A stretch of 48,178 nt of DNA from Bacteroidota bacterium. GTDB lineage: Bacteria > Bacteroidota > Bacteroidia > Bacteroidales > DYOH01. The position numbers and the translations under genes were made by a program. The stretch is taken from NCBI GenBank assembly GCA_020048155.1, contig JAIFMY010000042.1:1-48178 (forward strand), given 5' to 3'. Under the pieces are notes generated by a model that was not told the origin of the DNA, did no database searches, and saw only the letters and a program-made list of their open reading frames with translations. The number at the start of each line of letters is the position of its first letter. Position 1 is the first letter of the stretch. Below, in pieces: positions 46,617-48,178 of the stretch.

Positions 46617-47030
46617 ATGATACAAGCGGATACAAAAATAAGGGTCAGATACGCCGAGACCGACCAAATGGGATATATGTATTATGGCAACTATGCATCG
46701 TACTACGAAGTGGGACGTACCGAACTTATGCGAAATGTAGGTGTCACTTACAGCGAGCTGGAGAAAATGAACATCATGATGCCAGTAATTGAACTAGCCA
46801 TAAAATACCGCAGGGCAGCCCGCTATGACGATGTGGTAACGGTGCGCACCATGCTGAAGGAAATGCCCGAAATGCGAATTCGGTTCGATTATGAATTGTA
46901 TAACGATTCTGAGGAATTGCTGAATACGGGACATGTGACACTCTTTTTCATAGATGCCACTACCCGCAAGCCAACCAAATTGCCGCAGGAAGTATACGAT
47001 TCTATAAAAGGCTATTTTGGTGAAGTCTGA
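46617..47030 (+). CDS. YbgC/FadM-family acyl-CoA thioesterase
   Basis: RVRYAETDQMG..YYGNY..YYEVGR, ARYDD. Confidence 0.92.
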   Translation: MIQADTKIRVRYAETDQMGYMYYGNYASYYEVGRTELMRNVGVTYSELEKMNIMMPVIELAIKYRRAARYDDVVTVRTMLKEMPEMRIRFDYELYNDSEELLNTGHVTLFFIDATTRKPTKLPQEVYDSIKGYFGEV

Positions 47031-47037
47031 TATGTTT

Positions 47038-48131
47038 CTATTCGTTTATAACACCTGAGCCGCAAAGCTCGCCATTGAAATACCAAGCTGCAAATTGTCC
47101 TGCGGTGATGCCTCTTTGTGACTCGTCGAACTCTATAAACAATCCTTCCGCAAATTGACGCAAAATGGCTTTTTGCAATGGTTGTCGGTATCTTATACGC
47201 ACCATGTATTCTCTCGTTTCGCCAGGTTGCAAGAAGAGCGATGGCCTTACCCAGTGTGTTTCAGTATTTTTTATAAAAAGTGCCTTTCTGTATAGGCCAG
47301 GGTGTTCATCACTTTGTCCGGTGTATACACTGTTGGTATTCACATCTATGGCTATTACAAACAAAGGTTTGGCTTTTCCACCCACATTCAGACCTTTGCG
47401 CTGACCAATGGTGTAAAAATGCGCCCCTCTGTGCTTTCCTACTACTATGCCATCTTCCGGTTTATAAAAATAGGGTTTGGCCATTGCTTCCAGCGAATCA
47501 CCTCGTTTATGAAAATTGTAGTACACTTCAGGAATTTCGAATATAAAACCATCTTTGGCTTGAAGTTGCTGCTGTAGAAAAGTAGGCAAATCAACTTTTC
47601 CCACAAAGCAAATTCCCTGAGAGTCTTTCCTCTCTGCGGTTGCAAGTCCAAGGTCCGCGGCAATTTTACGTACTTCGCCTTTCACCATATGTCCTATAGG
47701 AAAAAGCGCAAACTTAAGCTGCTCTTGGCTTAGCTGGCAGAGGAAATAGCTCTGATCTTTGTTGGTATCAGCCCCCGCTATGATACAATATTCACCGTTT
47801 ACTTCAGATTTTTGGGCATAATGGCCAGTGGCTACATAGTCTGCCCCTTTTTCGAGGGCTACTTTCAGGAAAATATCAAATTTGACCTCACGGTTGCAAA
47901 GTACATCGGGGTTTGGAGGTCTACCACCTCAAAAGGGATATCTAATTTTCGCGCTACAAGTTGGGCAAAGGTTATATCGTCATTGGCAGGACAATCGCCA
48001 TGAAGCAAGCCAGTGGTATCGTGCCAGTTTTTCATATAAATAGCATGTACATCGTAGCCGGCATCCTTTAGCAACCATGCCGCCACGCTCGAATCTACAC
48101 CACCTGAAAGGCCAACAACTACTTTTTTCAT
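47038..48131 (-). pseudogene. mnmA: tRNA 2-thiouridylase MnmA, frameshifted by an internal deletion near 47917 (possible assembly error)
   Basis: Frame A: [24 protein letters not shown]. Frame B from 47916: [48 protein letters not shown]. Confidence 0.85.
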
Positions 48132-48178
48132 TGAAAAGAAATTTCGTTGCAAAATTGATATTTTTTCCAAGAAAACAT

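Noticed and set aside
47865-48170. Programmed frameshift explanation for mnmA
   Set aside because: There is no slippery heptamer at the junction, and conserved coding sequence is physically missing, so recoding could not restore the protein.
1-48178. Prophage, transposon or known anti-phage defence island; alternative genetic code
   Set aside because: No integrase, transposase, structural phage or recognisable defence genes were seen. Conserved genes translate full length with code 11 and use all three stop codons.

Overview
AT-rich, gene-dense chromosomal window from a Bacteroidota organism, most likely Bacteroidales. This assignment rests on TAnnTTTG promoter motifs, BatA-domain, TonB-dependent receptor and redoxin genes, and a Bacteroidota-type mnmA. 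Content is mostly housekeeping: aroC, glutathione peroxidase, ADP-forming acyl-CoA ligase, an AmgK/MurU-like peptidoglycan-recycling trio, a 5'-nucleotidase, rocD, a nucleoside phosphorylase, two tandem tRNA-Lys(UUU) and mnmA, plus three hybrid histidine kinases. I saw no CRISPR array, rRNA, integrase, transposase or prophage gene. The best candidate for an undescribed system is a five-gene operon at 22127-27698 with its own promoter and terminator. It links an amphipathic-helix/coiled-coil protein and a membrane-anchored PspA/ESCRT-III-like protein to a NitT/TauT-type ABC transporter. The transporter's binding protein is fused to an OmpA-like peptidoglycan-binding domain, and its permease carries two extra inserted domains. 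Other oddities are a fold-type III PLP decarboxylase homologue with a rewritten active site, a secreted MORN-repeat/pseudo-caspase protein, and several apparent sequence lesions (mnmA, nucleoside phosphorylase, wzz-like) that may be assembly artefacts. All family calls come from motif recognition by eye; no database search was run.
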